NCBI GenBank assembly: GCA_039811685.1 | Contig: JBDHZC010000002.1 | Coordinates: 645,651 to 709,650 of the forward strand | Origin: Armatimonadota bacterium | GTDB taxonomy: Bacteria; Armatimonadota; UBA5829; DSUL01 | Direction of reading: 5' to 3' | Length of the DNA stretch: 64,000 bases | Shown here: one piece after another, positions 27,682-37,488 of the stretch | How the letters are laid out: each line of letters starts with the position of its first letter | Position numbering within the stretch: position 1 is the stretch's first letter | The notes under the pieces: generated by a model | The model's input: only the letters and a program-made list of their open reading frames with translations | What the model was told of the DNA's origin: nothing | Databases searched by the model: none | Program-made: the position numbers and the translations under genes

Positions 27682-27812
27682 CCGCCCTTGTGCGTCGCTG
27701 CCAGTTCGCCCAGCCGCGTAAAATAATCCCGCAGCCATACTTGCGCTGCAGACAAGCCGGTCAGCCAGTCCGAACACAGTAGATCACGGGGCAGCCGACC
27801 TCGCTGAGTATA

Positions 27813-28973
27813 TCAAGGCTCGGAGGGTGCTGTCAACGAAGGCGGATGCTCGAGCCTGGGTGTGGATTCCCGTTCCATAAGAGTCGGGCGCAGGCGGATT
27901 GTGACGGCTTCGTCAGGCCGCGCGCCGCCCATGCGCGACAGCAGCATTTTGACCGCCTCCCAGGCCACCTGGCGCGTCGGCTGGCGGATAGTAGTGAGGC
28001 GTGGAACGACAAAGCTGGAGACATCCAGATCGTCGTATCCCGCAATCGCCAGGTCTTCGGGGACGCGCAAAGCGCGCTGGGAACATGCCCACAAAGCGCC
28101 AATCGCGTAGTTGTCGTTGATCGCCAGAAGCGCGTTGATGTCGCCTCCGCCGTCCAGGAATGTGTCCAGCGAGTGCGCCCCGTAGTCTTCCAGCGGCTCC
28201 CAGGGTCCGTCCAACCCCATAAAGGTAACCTGGGCGCCGTGTTGAACCGCCATATCCTGTATTCCCGCAATGCGCTCCTGCACGGAGCTTGGAAGAACGT
28301 TGCTGAGCGCAGGGCTGAGCAGACCGATTTTCTTGCGGCCGCCGAGGATGACGTGCTCCGCCACGAGCTGTCCGCCCAGACGGTGATCCGTCATCACCGC
28401 ATCCGCCGAAACCGCAGGCAAAGCGCGATCGAAAAACACAAAAGGCAGATCCGCGCGCTTGAGGCGTTCGAAGTGTTCGACATTGTGCACGGTGTCCGAC
28501 GGGGAGATCAGCAGACCATCCACCCGCTTTTCCCGCAGAACATTGAGATAGTGCTCTTCAAGGTCCGGGCGGCCACCGGTGACACTCAAGAGAAGGCTGA
28601 ATCCCTGCCCGGAGGCGGCTTCCTCAATAGCTCCAAGCAGGCTGGAGTGGAACGTGCTGGCCACACCGCTGGTGATGACACCGATTGTGCCGGTCTTCTG
28701 CTGGCGCAGCGAGCGCGCGAGGATGTTGGGAGTGTAGTCCAGCTCCGCGGCCACTTTTAGGATTCGGGCGCGCGTGGTCTCGCTGATGCGGCCGTGGCCT
28801 GTCAAAGCCCGGTGCACAGTGGTCTTGGAGACGCCAACACGCTCGGCAATCTCCTTCATGCCGGCGACGGAGCGTTCTTCTTCGGCAATCTGAACGAGCG
28901 CAGGCGGCTGCTTGTCTTTTGCCAACGCAATGTCCTTTCGGGATCCGGCGGCGATGTCAGCAAGCACAGTCAA
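27813..28973 (-). CDS. LacI-family transcriptional regulator (true start probably nearer 28859-28925)
   Basis: MKEIAERVGVSKTTVHRAL HTH; YTPNILARSL; VPEDLAIAGYDD; PRLTTIRQP. Confidence 0.93.
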   Translation of the reverse strand: MTVLADIAAGSRKDIALAKDKQPPALVQIAEEERSVAGMKEIAERVGVSKTTVHRALTGHGRISETTRARILKVAAELDYTPNILARSLRQQKTGTIGVITSGVASTFHSSLLGAIEEAASGQGFSLLLSVTGGRPDLEEHYLNVLREKRVDGLLISPSDTVHNVEHFERLKRADLPFVFFDRALPAVSADAVMTDHRLGGQLVAEHVILGGRKKIGLLSPALSNVLPSSVQERIAGIQDMAVQHGAQVTFMGLDGPWEPLEDYGAHSLDTFLDGGGDINALLAINDNYAIGALWACSQRALRVPEDLAIAGYDDLDVSSFVVPRLTTIRQPTRQVAWEAVKMLLSRMGGARPDEAVTIRLRPTLMERESTPRLEHPPSLTAPSEP

Positions 28974-29087
28974 ACGTCTGTTACGCAGTGTAACGCATCG
29001 TAGCGCCGGCGCACCCGCCTATTGTGCGTAACAACCATGCAATTCCGCAACATGGAAGGTAACAGATTCAGTGGCTAATGCGGAAGG

Positions 29088-29813
29088 TCACTCTCCAATT
29101 ATCCCACCTGGCCAGCGCTCGAGTACCAAAGGATCGTGCGCGGGCACGAAGAAATCTCCTTCGCGCCGGATCCTGGCGGCAGCTATTTTCCAGGCTTCCA
29201 CGTCCGTCCAGCCAGGTGCGTAATCTTCCTCAAGATTGCGGAACTTGTACACGACGTCGCCGGTCAGCACCGCTCTTCCCAGGGAAGTGTCCACAGCTAT
29301 GCCCTGGCTGCACTCAGAGTGTACGCCCAGATGGAAGCATCGGATCCCAGGCATAACGTCCTCGTCGCCTACCAGCAAGGCGCCCTTTTCTCCTCGGCGC
29401 TCAAGCGCCTCCGCCACCCGCGCCGGGAAACCCGGACGAGCCTTGAGAAACCCTTCGCGGTTGGCAACCATCGTAGCGTTCGGGAAGAGGTGGAAGCTGT
29501 CGTAGTGATCTCCGTGAAAGTGGGTGATGAATACGTGGCTTACGTCTTCAGGCTCCACGCCCACCGCACGCAGCGCCGCGACAGTGTGCTCCTCGGGCTT
29601 CTGCGTGACTCCGCCGGGAATGTAGCTATCAACTCCGCGGTTGAAGCCCTCGATATCCGTGACGCCGGTTTCCACCACCATCGGCGACGGTCCGCCCTCA
29701 ATAAGCCAGAGATAGAGATAGTAGAGGCTGGTCTCTTCGCCGCCGTCGTGGTAGGTAATGTAGTCCCGGACCTGACACTCTCCATTCTTGAGAGCGCGAA
29801 TTCGGTATGTCAT
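29088..29813 (-). CDS. Metallo-beta-lactamase-fold hydrolase (AHL lactonase-like)
   Basis: THFHGDH, GVHS, TGD, PAHD; ATGA overlap with the upstream paralog. Confidence 0.85.
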   Translation of the reverse strand: MTYRIRALKNGECQVRDYITYHDGGEETSLYYLYLWLIEGGPSPMVVETGVTDIEGFNRGVDSYIPGGVTQKPEEHTVAALRAVGVEPEDVSHVFITHFHGDHYDSFHLFPNATMVANREGFLKARPGFPARVAEALERRGEKGALLVGDEDVMPGIRCFHLGVHSECSQGIAVDTSLGRAVLTGDVVYKFRNLEEDYAPGWTDVEAWKIAAARIRREGDFFVPAHDPLVLERWPGGIIGE

Positions 29814-30556
29814 GCTCCGACCCCCTTTGGAAAGCGCTCCAGCGTACCCGGATCGTGGCTTGGGAGAACGATGTCGCACTCTTTGGGAATCCTCTCCATC
29901 GCCTGAAAACACTGATCTACGTCGCTGTACACACCCACAGCGCGGCCGCTCTCGATATTCTCCAGAAGAGAAACTGTGTCACCTGTCATACACACGCGCC
30001 CGGCGGCCGTATCCACCAGAACAGCCTGGCTGCAGGGCGTATGGCCGCCAATCCACATGGTCCGGATGCCCGGCGCGACTTCGATGTCGTCCTCGGCGGT
30101 TGTGCGATCTTTCGCGGTATCCGTGAGAATCTTCTGCGTCTTTGCCGGCGCCCAGCTCGGCTCTCCCAGGGACTCCCTCAGCCCGCGGCCGGAGACAAAG
30201 AGATGAGCGTTTGTGAAACGATCCAGACAGTCTACGTGATCAAAGTGAAGGTGAGTGATAATGAGCGCGCCGATATCAGCCTCCGTGAGCCCGAATTGCC
30301 CGAGACGCCGCCCCACGTCATCCTCCGGCTCCTGGGTGATAAGCTCACGGAAGATATGAGCCGCTCCCCGGTTCATTTCGTCCACGTTCTCAAGACCGGT
30401 GTCAACCAGAATGGGTTTGTCCGCGCCCAGGATGAGCCACGAATAAAGAGCATACGGCCAGCTCTCCTGCGGGTCCCCCTTGTAGAAGGCGACATTTCCA
30501 GGGATGACGCAACGTCCGTTGAGCAGGGGATGAATTACCAGTTTTGCCATTTGCAC
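29810..30556 (-). CDS. Metallo-beta-lactamase-fold hydrolase (AHL lactonase-like)
   Basis: LVDTG, THLHFDH, GGHTP, TGD, PSHDP. Confidence 0.88.
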   Translation of the reverse strand: MQMAKLVIHPLLNGRCVIPGNVAFYKGDPQESWPYALYSWLILGADKPILVDTGLENVDEMNRGAAHIFRELITQEPEDDVGRRLGQFGLTEADIGALIITHLHFDHVDCLDRFTNAHLFVSGRGLRESLGEPSWAPAKTQKILTDTAKDRTTAEDDIEVAPGIRTMWIGGHTPCSQAVLVDTAAGRVCMTGDTVSLLENIESGRAVGVYSDVDQCFQAMERIPKECDIVLPSHDPGTLERFPKGVGA

Positions 30557-30811
30557 AACCTTTCAAGAGCGCCGGGGCCGGGTTGGCTCAACTGGAAAAG
30601 CTTTTCGGGTGTGCGACTGCCGACCTCCGAGGCCAGAGAAGAAAAGTCCCGGAAGAACCCGTTCAAGAAGCCGTGCCAGGGCGCGTTTTAGCTGTGGAGT
30701 CGCAAATGGCCGTGACAGACAACCCTCAGACTGAGGTGAAAAAGCGCCTGATGCCAGGGACTGTGAGTGCGGGCGCTATTGCCCTCCTCAGGAGAGCTAC
30801 GCCCGAAGTTT

Positions 30812-31063
30812 TCAGGATTCCTCCCTGTCCTTTGGCTGTTCTTTGAGAGCGTCTGTGAGTTGTGTGAGGGAGTCTTTGTCAACTAATGTGGCCGCAACAT
30901 TCTCATCGGCGACCTGAGTTAGAAGCTCTTTGCGGTGAATCGAGATACTCCGGGGCGCGTTGATGCCCAGGCGCACCTGCTCACCGCGCACCTCAAGCAC
31001 GGTGACCTCTATCTCTTCACCAATGATGATCTGTTGTCCGACCTTCCTGGCCAAAACCAGCAT
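30812..31063 (-). CDS. csrA: Carbon storage regulator
   Basis: MLVLARKVGQQIIIG...QVRLGINAPRSISIHRKE. Confidence 0.96.
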   Translation of the reverse strand: MLVLARKVGQQIIIGEEIEVTVLEVRGEQVRLGINAPRSISIHRKELLTQVADENVAATLVDKDSLTQLTDALKEQPKDREES

Positions 31064-31280
31064 CCTGCGTTACCTCTGGTGAATCCGTCTCCAGACGCTG
31101 TTGGTTCAGCGCAAATCCTCAGGAGCACTGGATTCATCTTCTGTTTGCGGATCGCGCGCGCTTTCTTGGCCCCGGCGCAAAGCCTCCGCCCGGCTGTCAA
31201 CTCAAACGCCGAGCCGCGCAGCTTCGGGCTTACCGGAGCCGCCCGGAATTTCCGGGCCGCTTGCATCGATCTCGAAGAGA

Positions 31281-31751
31281 CTACGCCGCTTTCAGCAGAT
31301 TCTCATCTGTCTGCGTCGCCGCACTGACGCCTTGTTCGAACAGGACGTGCTTTGTGGCGTAGTTTTCATTTGACAGCACAACCTGTTTGCCAGCCATCGT
31401 CTGAGCGTTCACGACGATTGGCCCCAGCAGATTGGTTGTGATCCGGCGCGCCTGCTCATCAAGCGTGACTGTGGTCAGCACCACGGCATCTTCCACATTT
31501 GAAAGCCCAATCCTCTCCACATCCGCTTCCTGTAGCTCGAAGCTGTAGTCCGTGAAGAAGTCGGTCGGGCTGATCACCGCGACAGACACAGACGGGTCGT
31601 CCAGGCACTGCAGCCAGTGAAACGGGGAATCCTGATCCGGACGTATCAGCACGAAGCGCGTGGCGTGGGGGATCCCCACAAGCCCATCGCTCAGACGGAT
31701 ACACTCGGTCTCTTTTGTCTCGATTTCACCGAATCTGGTTGCAACCTTCAT
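31281..31751 (-). CDS. fliW: Flagellar assembly factor FliW
   Basis: TRFGEI, FHWLQC, TNLLGPIVVN...GKQVVL. Confidence 0.95.
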   Translation of the reverse strand: MKVATRFGEIETKETECIRLSDGLVGIPHATRFVLIRPDQDSPFHWLQCLDDPSVSVAVISPTDFFTDYSFELQEADVERIGLSNVEDAVVLTTVTLDEQARRITTNLLGPIVVNAQTMAGKQVVLSNENYATKHVLFEQGVSAATQTDENLLKAA

Positions 31752-31823
31752 ACGGGTTCCTCCAATAAACCCCGCGCAAGAGCATGCTACAGCCTCCGGG
31801 CTGCTGCGCTCTTCACCGGTATA

Positions 31824-33353
31824 CTACCTCAGAAAATCCATTAAAGATAGCTGAAAGATTGAAGAGGCAGAGAAAAGTGAGGCTTGATACACCTGTTCCT
31901 GGGCACGCATGCTCACAACAACCTGCGCTATGTCAGCATCTTCGGTTTTTGAACGTAAATCCTTCAGGTTATCCTGGGATGTTGTCAAACTATTCTTGAG
32001 ATTGTTCAAGTTTTGGATACGCGCACCCAGATCGACGCGGTTCGTCATGACTCTGCTCGAGGCGCTGTCCACCATCCTCAGCATGGAGTTGATCTGGTTC
32101 GTGTCTCCGGTGCGGATGGCTTCGGCCAAATTGTTGACGACTGTGAAAACATCTGGCTCGGACGCTGAAGCCGCGCCGTCCAGGTTGAATATTCTATCAG
32201 CCGTGCGGTTAACGGTCTCACTCGTGAAAGGGCCAGTCTGGATTTTTATGGCTCCGGAGTCGCCTGCGTAGGTGTAACCTGAGTCCGTCTCTTCCGAGGG
32301 GGAAGCGCCGAAGATATCCGCCAGGCTGTAGCCGCCACTTGCTGAGACGCTCATGACACTGCTGTTTTCAGCAGACTTTTGAGTGAGAGTCACCCTTCCG
32401 CCTGCATCAACTGATGCCGTAACTTTGGTGAGAATTGTCTGCAGATTGATACGGTCAACCAGCGCCTGCGCGCTGTCTCCGGCATTCACTGCTATGGCCA
32501 CTCCGTTGATGGTAAGCTGACCGCTGCTGGCCTGCGGCGTGAAGCCTCCCACGCCATGCTGCGCGCCTGGAGAAAGGCCCAACGCCGTCAATGCCGCGGC
32601 GTCTGAGGTCGCAGACACTCCCACCACTGCCTGATAACCACCTGTTGTGTTTGTGACAGTGAGGTGACCAGAACCATCGAGCGATGCCTGAAGTTTGTCA
32701 GGCACTGAAACTGAGGCGAAGGCGGCGTTGACGGCGTCAACAATCTGAGAACCGCTCATCCCGTTGGTGAGGGCAACCGATGCGGTGGGTGCGCCGGCGG
32801 CATCCGAAAATACAACGGTGGCAGGCGCGCCCAGAGATATCGGAGCGGACAGGTCTGAGGCGCCAGTGAGGCTTGCCGCGCTGGTGGGCGCAGATGACCC
32901 GAAAGTATGCAGGCGCGAAAGCGGACTCTGGTTTGTGCGCTGTCCGGAGAAAATGTAGCGGCCCAGGTGCGTCGTGTTGGCCATGTCCACCAGGCGCGAC
33001 TCAATAGCTTTGAGTTTGCTGAAGGACGCGTCGCGAGATTCGGCGGTGGCGGTTGCGGTATTGGCGGCAAGAGCGGTTGTTCTGACTTCCTGGAGCTGAT
33101 TGTACAGCTCATCTATGATGTTGCTGGATTGAGAAAGAAAATCCGAAGCCAGATTTGTGTTTGTCAGATAGCGGTCAATGTCTGAGATAGCCTGAGAGTA
33201 CGTCAGCGACTGATTGGTCGCTACAGGGTCGTCGGAGGGTTTCTGAATCCGTTTGCCCGTGGCGACCTGCGTCTGCAGCCTAGCCAGATCAGCATAGGCG
33301 TTGTTAATGATGTATTTGGCGTTTGCAGTCTGTGATGACAGAGTGACTCTCAT
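31824..33353 (-). CDS. flgL: Flagellar hook-associated protein 3
   Basis: MRVT, ATGKRIQKPSDDP, GRYIFSG, LSLMDFLR. Confidence 0.95.
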   Translation of the reverse strand: MRVTLSSQTANAKYIINNAYADLARLQTQVATGKRIQKPSDDPVATNQSLTYSQAISDIDRYLTNTNLASDFLSQSSNIIDELYNQLQEVRTTALAANTATATAESRDASFSKLKAIESRLVDMANTTHLGRYIFSGQRTNQSPLSRLHTFGSSAPTSAASLTGASDLSAPISLGAPATVVFSDAAGAPTASVALTNGMSGSQIVDAVNAAFASVSVPDKLQASLDGSGHLTVTNTTGGYQAVVGVSATSDAAALTALGLSPGAQHGVGGFTPQASSGQLTINGVAIAVNAGDSAQALVDRINLQTILTKVTASVDAGGRVTLTQKSAENSSVMSVSASGGYSLADIFGASPSEETDSGYTYAGDSGAIKIQTGPFTSETVNRTADRIFNLDGAASASEPDVFTVVNNLAEAIRTGDTNQINSMLRMVDSASSRVMTNRVDLGARIQNLNNLKNSLTTSQDNLKDLRSKTEDADIAQVVVSMRAQEQVYQASLFSASSIFQLSLMDFLR

Positions 33354-33361
33354 GGCTTATC

Positions 33362-34747
33362 CTACACACGTACAGAGTCGAACAGAGACTGAAGGATGCT
33401 GTTTGTCGCTTCAAAGACGCGCGCGGAGGCGGCGAAGGCGTGCTGGAACTTCACCATTTCGATCATCTCCTCATCCAGGTTCACTCCGGAGACTGAATCG
33501 CGCTGCTGCGTTAGCTGCTGAAGAGTGAACTGGCGCGTCGCGGCGCTGCGCTGGGCGATAGAGACATCCCCGCCGACTTTGTTGACAAGTGTCCGGTAGC
33601 TCTCAGTGATAGTCTCGCCGCGAATCAACGGGCGGTTGACGAGATCGGCGATGCTCTGGGCGACTTCAGCGTTGCTCTCTTCGCCGTTGGCGGAGGCGAC
33701 GACGAGGCTGGGATCCTGCATGATCGCCGGGTCCACCTGCATGGTGATGGCTGTCGCACCCGGCGCGAAGAAGTTCTGACCAGTCTGCCCGTTGACCGTA
33801 TAGCCCGCCGCGTGCAAAGCGTTGACCTCAGTTACTATGGTGGAGGCGATGTTGTCCAGACGGGAGAGGTAGTCCGGAATGTAGCCGTCCCGGACATTCA
33901 GGATGCCCTTCAACTCTCCGGAGCCAATCTCAACTTCACCGCTACCTTCATCCCACGTCGGGCGAATGTGTCCCTGCGTGTCCGGAACTTTCAGAATTGT
34001 ATGGGACGCTGTGCCCTGTACCAGCGAGACCCCGCCGACGTTGAGGATAAAATCGCGCCCGGTCTCTCCGTGTGTCTGCACGCCGACAATCTGTGAGAGG
34101 TTCTCTACCAGAGTATCCCGGCGATCCAGCAGGTCGTTGGGGGCGGCTCCAGTCACTTCAAAGTTTACGATCTTGGTGTTGACTTCGGCGATGTCGCGGG
34201 CGATGCGGTTGATTTCGTCTATGCGGTTGCTGATAGTCACATTCAACTGGTCGCGCAGCTCAGAGATGTTGGAGTACACCTCTTTGATGCGGCCGGCCAG
34301 GGCGTCAGCGCTGGCAATCACAGCCACGCGCCCCGATAGACCTGCGGGAGACGCCGCCAGTCCACGCCACTGATTCCAGAAATCGTCCAGCAGGGCGCTG
34401 ATGCCGTTCGCGCCAGGCTCACCCAGGTTGGCCTCCAGTGAGGACAGCAGGTCATGTGTGGTTGACCACTGATTGAAAGACTGCGTGGAATCGGCAATGC
34501 GGGAGTCGAGATAGGCGTCCTGAACGCGCCGGATTCCCAGCACCTGCACGCCGCCGCCCATCACCGAGTTCGGGGAGGCATGACTGACCGAGTAGCCCGT
34601 CGGCGGGTTGCCCTCCACCAGCACTACCTGCTGACGCTTGTAGCCGGGTGTGTTGGCGTTGGCGATATTCTGAGAAATGACATTCAGCGCCGTCTGAGCG
34701 GCCTGCATGCCGGAGGCGGGAATTGACAGGGAGCCAAAAGTGCCCAT
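33362..34747 (-). CDS. flgK: Flagellar hook-associated protein 1
   Basis: NIANANTPGYKRQ, NDLLDRRD, SGVNLDEEM. Confidence 0.96.
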   Translation of the reverse strand: MGTFGSLSIPASGMQAAQTALNVISQNIANANTPGYKRQQVVLVEGNPPTGYSVSHASPNSVMGGGVQVLGIRRVQDAYLDSRIADSTQSFNQWSTTHDLLSSLEANLGEPGANGISALLDDFWNQWRGLAASPAGLSGRVAVIASADALAGRIKEVYSNISELRDQLNVTISNRIDEINRIARDIAEVNTKIVNFEVTGAAPNDLLDRRDTLVENLSQIVGVQTHGETGRDFILNVGGVSLVQGTASHTILKVPDTQGHIRPTWDEGSGEVEIGSGELKGILNVRDGYIPDYLSRLDNIASTIVTEVNALHAAGYTVNGQTGQNFFAPGATAITMQVDPAIMQDPSLVVASANGEESNAEVAQSIADLVNRPLIRGETITESYRTLVNKVGGDVSIAQRSAATRQFTLQQLTQQRDSVSGVNLDEEMIEMVKFQHAFAASARVFEATNSILQSLFDSVRV

Positions 34748-34757
34748 GGCTGTCTGG

Positions 34758-35243
34758 CTAAGCCCTCGTATCCAGCACGAGGCTGGCGGGATCGGCAGAT
34801 CCGGTCTGAGAGCGCTGCTGAACGCTGTTGCTCACGGCTTGCAGAGTGAACCGGATAAACTCCAGCGCATTGGCGGAGAGGTTGGCGTTCAACTCCGAAG
34901 CCATAGCCAGACGCGCGGCCTCATCCGTAAGATCTGTTGACAGACTCTCCAGCCGTTGCCGCTGCGCCTCTGGCAGAGCCGGAGCTATGGACTTCAAGCT
35001 CAGTCCCTGCTCTTCGAGTCCCAGCCCGGCCGCCACCCGCGCCAGCAGTTTGGATGAGGAGCGCTGCAGGCGGTCGAGGTGGCTGAGCTCTTTGGTCTGC
35101 TCTTCGTTCAGGTGGACGATGGTGTCCACATCGTTAGCTACCAGCGCCTCCCGGTGCTGATCGGCCAGACGGTTGAGCTTTTGCAGTCCCGCGAGCTTCT
35201 CCAGCAGGGAGCGCTCCAGGGCTATGAAGATTTCGGGGGCCAT
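34758..35243 (-). CDS. flgN: Flagellar export chaperone FlgN
   Basis: Helical protein between flgM and flgK; N..L motif; ends LVLDTRA. Confidence 0.85.
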   Translation of the reverse strand: MAPEIFIALERSLLEKLAGLQKLNRLADQHREALVANDVDTIVHLNEEQTKELSHLDRLQRSSSKLLARVAAGLGLEEQGLSLKSIAPALPEAQRQRLESLSTDLTDEAARLAMASELNANLSANALEFIRFTLQAVSNSVQQRSQTGSADPASLVLDTRA

Positions 35244-35246
35244 AAG

Positions 35247-35534
35247 CTAAGACTCCTCCCGCGTGAGGTTGTGCAGCAGCCTCTCGGCGAGCTGTGAGCC
35301 AGAGGTGGGCAACTCCCCAGCCTGTAGGCGCGCGGATGCCTGGGCGACTTTGTCTGCTCTTGTATCCGGCAGGGATTTGAGCTTTCCAAGCAGAGCGGCA
35401 GCCTCTCTGCCCGGCTGTGACAGGCTCACCCGGTCCGCTGTGACCTCTGACACTCCGGCCGCAGGTCCAACAGGCGCGGACTTCGGCAAGATGACAGAGG
35501 CGATTTTGCCGAGCGTTGTGTGGTTGATGATCAT
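35247..35534 (-). CDS. flgM: Anti-sigma28 factor FlgM
   Basis: DRVSLS...LPDTRADKVAQ...LQAG...LAERLL; gene position. Confidence 0.85.
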   Translation of the reverse strand: MIINHTTLGKIASVILPKSAPVGPAAGVSEVTADRVSLSQPGREAAALLGKLKSLPDTRADKVAQASARLQAGELPTSGSQLAERLLHNLTREES

Positions 35535-35911
35535 TTCTCTGGTCCCGACTTGCTGATGCGTTGAGAGCCTGGGGCCGCACCGGCTTCACCGGCGGGCCTG
35601 GAGGCGTCCTGAAGAGACATCTGTTTGTAAAGCATCTCCGCCAGACCAAAGGAGCCACTTCGGCTCATCTGATCGGCCATCGCTGCGTCCAGCATCTGCT
35701 GATAGGTCTGCTGGGCGTCTGAGTTCTCGATCAGACCATCCTTCGGGACGGTGTCCCTCATCTTCTGCAGGATGAAGCGCAGAAAGATCGCTTCAAAGTC
35801 CTGACAGGCCTTCTTCAGCTTCTCCTGCTGAGCGTCTGGTCTGGTCTGAGCGGGGGCGACATCTGGAACTGCGCCCGGCAGGTTGGTTAGTATTGGCTTT
35901 ACGTCTGTCAT
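35531..35911 (-). CDS. flgJ: FlgJ, rod-binding domain only
   Basis: KLKKACQDFEAIFL...MRDTVP...GLAEMLYKQM. Confidence 0.88.
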   Translation of the reverse strand: MTDVKPILTNLPGAVPDVAPAQTRPDAQQEKLKKACQDFEAIFLRFILQKMRDTVPKDGLIENSDAQQTYQQMLDAAMADQMSRSGSFGLAEMLYKQMSLQDASRPAGEAGAAPGSQRISKSGPEK

Positions 35912-35948
35912 TGTCTGGCTCTGGCCGAATGACGGCCTAACAGAAGCG

Positions 35949-37064
35949 CTAGATGACCACCAGGTCTGCGCCCAGTGCGCCGGCCTGTTTGATGGCCTGC
36001 AAAATCGAAATGACGTCGCGCGGCGTGACTTTCATGGCATTCAGCGCGCGCACAAGGTCGTCCACAGTTGATCCCTCTTCCAATTTTTGGAACCTGGGAA
36101 CAATTTCAGTAGCCTTCACGGAAGTCTTATCCGCCCGCATCGTCCTACCCTGACTGAAAGGAGCGGGCTGGGACACCTGGGGCTCTGTGTCTATCAGGAC
36201 GCTCAGCTCCCCCTGCGTAACGGCGATCGCGCCGACCGTGACGTTGCCGCTGATGACAACGGTTCCGGTTTTCTCATTTACAATGACTTTGGCGACGTCG
36301 TCCTGGCGCACGTCGAGTCCCCCGATATCGGCAATAAGGGCGACAGCGTCAGAGGCGCTGGGCGTGGACGATTTTACGCGCACGGTGGCGGCGTCCACCG
36401 CCAGCGCTGACCCGGCGCCGAGTTTGGCGTTGATGGCATCGGCGGCGCGGTTTGCGGTGGTGAAGTCCGGTGTGTTGAGCAAAATCGAGAGTCCCTGGGC
36501 ATCAGAGAAAGTTGTCTCAACGGCTTTTTCCACAATAGCGCCTTCCGGGATTCGCCCGGCGGTGACGTGGTTCTTTGCCACCTGCGCACCGCCGCCGCCC
36601 GCGACGAAACCGCCGACGGAGAGTGGCCCCTGCGCTGCGGCGTAAACCTGCCCGTTTGCGGCGTAAAGCGGCGTCTGGATGAGTGTGCCGCCCTGCAGGC
36701 TCTTGCAGTCGCCCATGCTGGAGACCGTCACATCCAGCTTTGTGCCCGGAGCGGCAAAAGCCGGCAGATCCGCCGTGACGATGACGGAAGCGGCGTTTCT
36801 CATCTTCACCTGATTGGGCGAGACCTGAACGCCGAAGCGCTCCAGCATGTTGCTGACGCCCTGAATGGTGAAGAACGCCTGCTGGGAGTCCCCGGTACCG
36901 TCCAGTCCGACGACTATGCCGTATCCGACAAGCTGGTTTGAGCGCACTCCTTCGATCTTAGCGATGTCCTTGAGGCGCGCCGCGTGCGCTCCAGAGGCCG
37001 CGCATCCAACCAGCGCCAGCACCAGAGCCGTTTTCAAATATGTTGTCAGTTGACGATTGCCCAT
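35949..37064 (-). CDS. flgI: Flagellar P-ring protein
   Basis: ARLKDIA..GVRSNQLVGYGIVVGLDGTGD; SLQGGTLIQTPL; ILQAIKQAGAL. Confidence 0.97.
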   Translation of the reverse strand: MGNRQLTTYLKTALVLALVGCAASGAHAARLKDIAKIEGVRSNQLVGYGIVVGLDGTGDSQQAFFTIQGVSNMLERFGVQVSPNQVKMRNAASVIVTADLPAFAAPGTKLDVTVSSMGDCKSLQGGTLIQTPLYAANGQVYAAAQGPLSVGGFVAGGGGAQVAKNHVTAGRIPEGAIVEKAVETTFSDAQGLSILLNTPDFTTANRAADAINAKLGAGSALAVDAATVRVKSSTPSASDAVALIADIGGLDVRQDDVAKVIVNEKTGTVVISGNVTVGAIAVTQGELSVLIDTEPQVSQPAPFSQGRTMRADKTSVKATEIVPRFQKLEEGSTVDDLVRALNAMKVTPRDVISILQAIKQAGALGADLVVI

Positions 37065-37346
37065 CCGTTACTCCCCGCTTGTGAAGACGCCGAGGCGTCT
37101 CATGGGAACATAACGACTGCAGTGGCGCGATACTTTAGACCCGGTGAGGGCGCTGAGGCATCGGGGAGTCCGAATTCGTGAAGGACGGCTGATAAAGTTT
37201 AGAAAAATCAAAGAAAAGATGTCTGAGGGACTTGTAATTCTCGCGGAAAAGTAAGATTATTTAGAGCAAGATTCTTTGCTGCTGTGGCTGAGGGCTACGG
37301 ACGCAGCGAGTCCTCTCACTAGTGTTGTTGTTCTGCGGTGGGACAG

Positions 37347-37379
37347 GCGCCCGGGGTTTGTCGCCCCGGGTGTTTTTTT
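37347..37379 (+). terminator. Orphan intrinsic terminator in a divergent intergenic region
   Basis: GCGCCCGGGG-loop-CCCCGGGTGT followed by a T-run. Confidence 0.8.
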
Positions 37380-37407
37380 GTCTCTGGACACCGGCAGATG
37401 GCCGCCA

Positions 37408-37437
37408 TTGACGCGCGCCGAGCGCCTCTCCTATAAT
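37408..37437 (+). promoter_or_regulatory. Sigma70-type promoter
   Basis: TTGACG-18 nt-TATAAT. Confidence 0.7.
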
Positions 37438-37488
37438 CCGAGCAGACTATTGTGACGGAGTTCTGATAACCTGGCTGTGACACCCTCT

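Noticed and set aside
27640..27730. ZTP or c-di-GMP riboswitch upstream of the purC-containing operon
   Set aside because: Only superficial similarity; conserved cores are absent
37170..37210. Sigma28 promoter for the flagellar operon
   Set aside because: No properly spaced TAAA-N15-GCCGATAA on the minus strand
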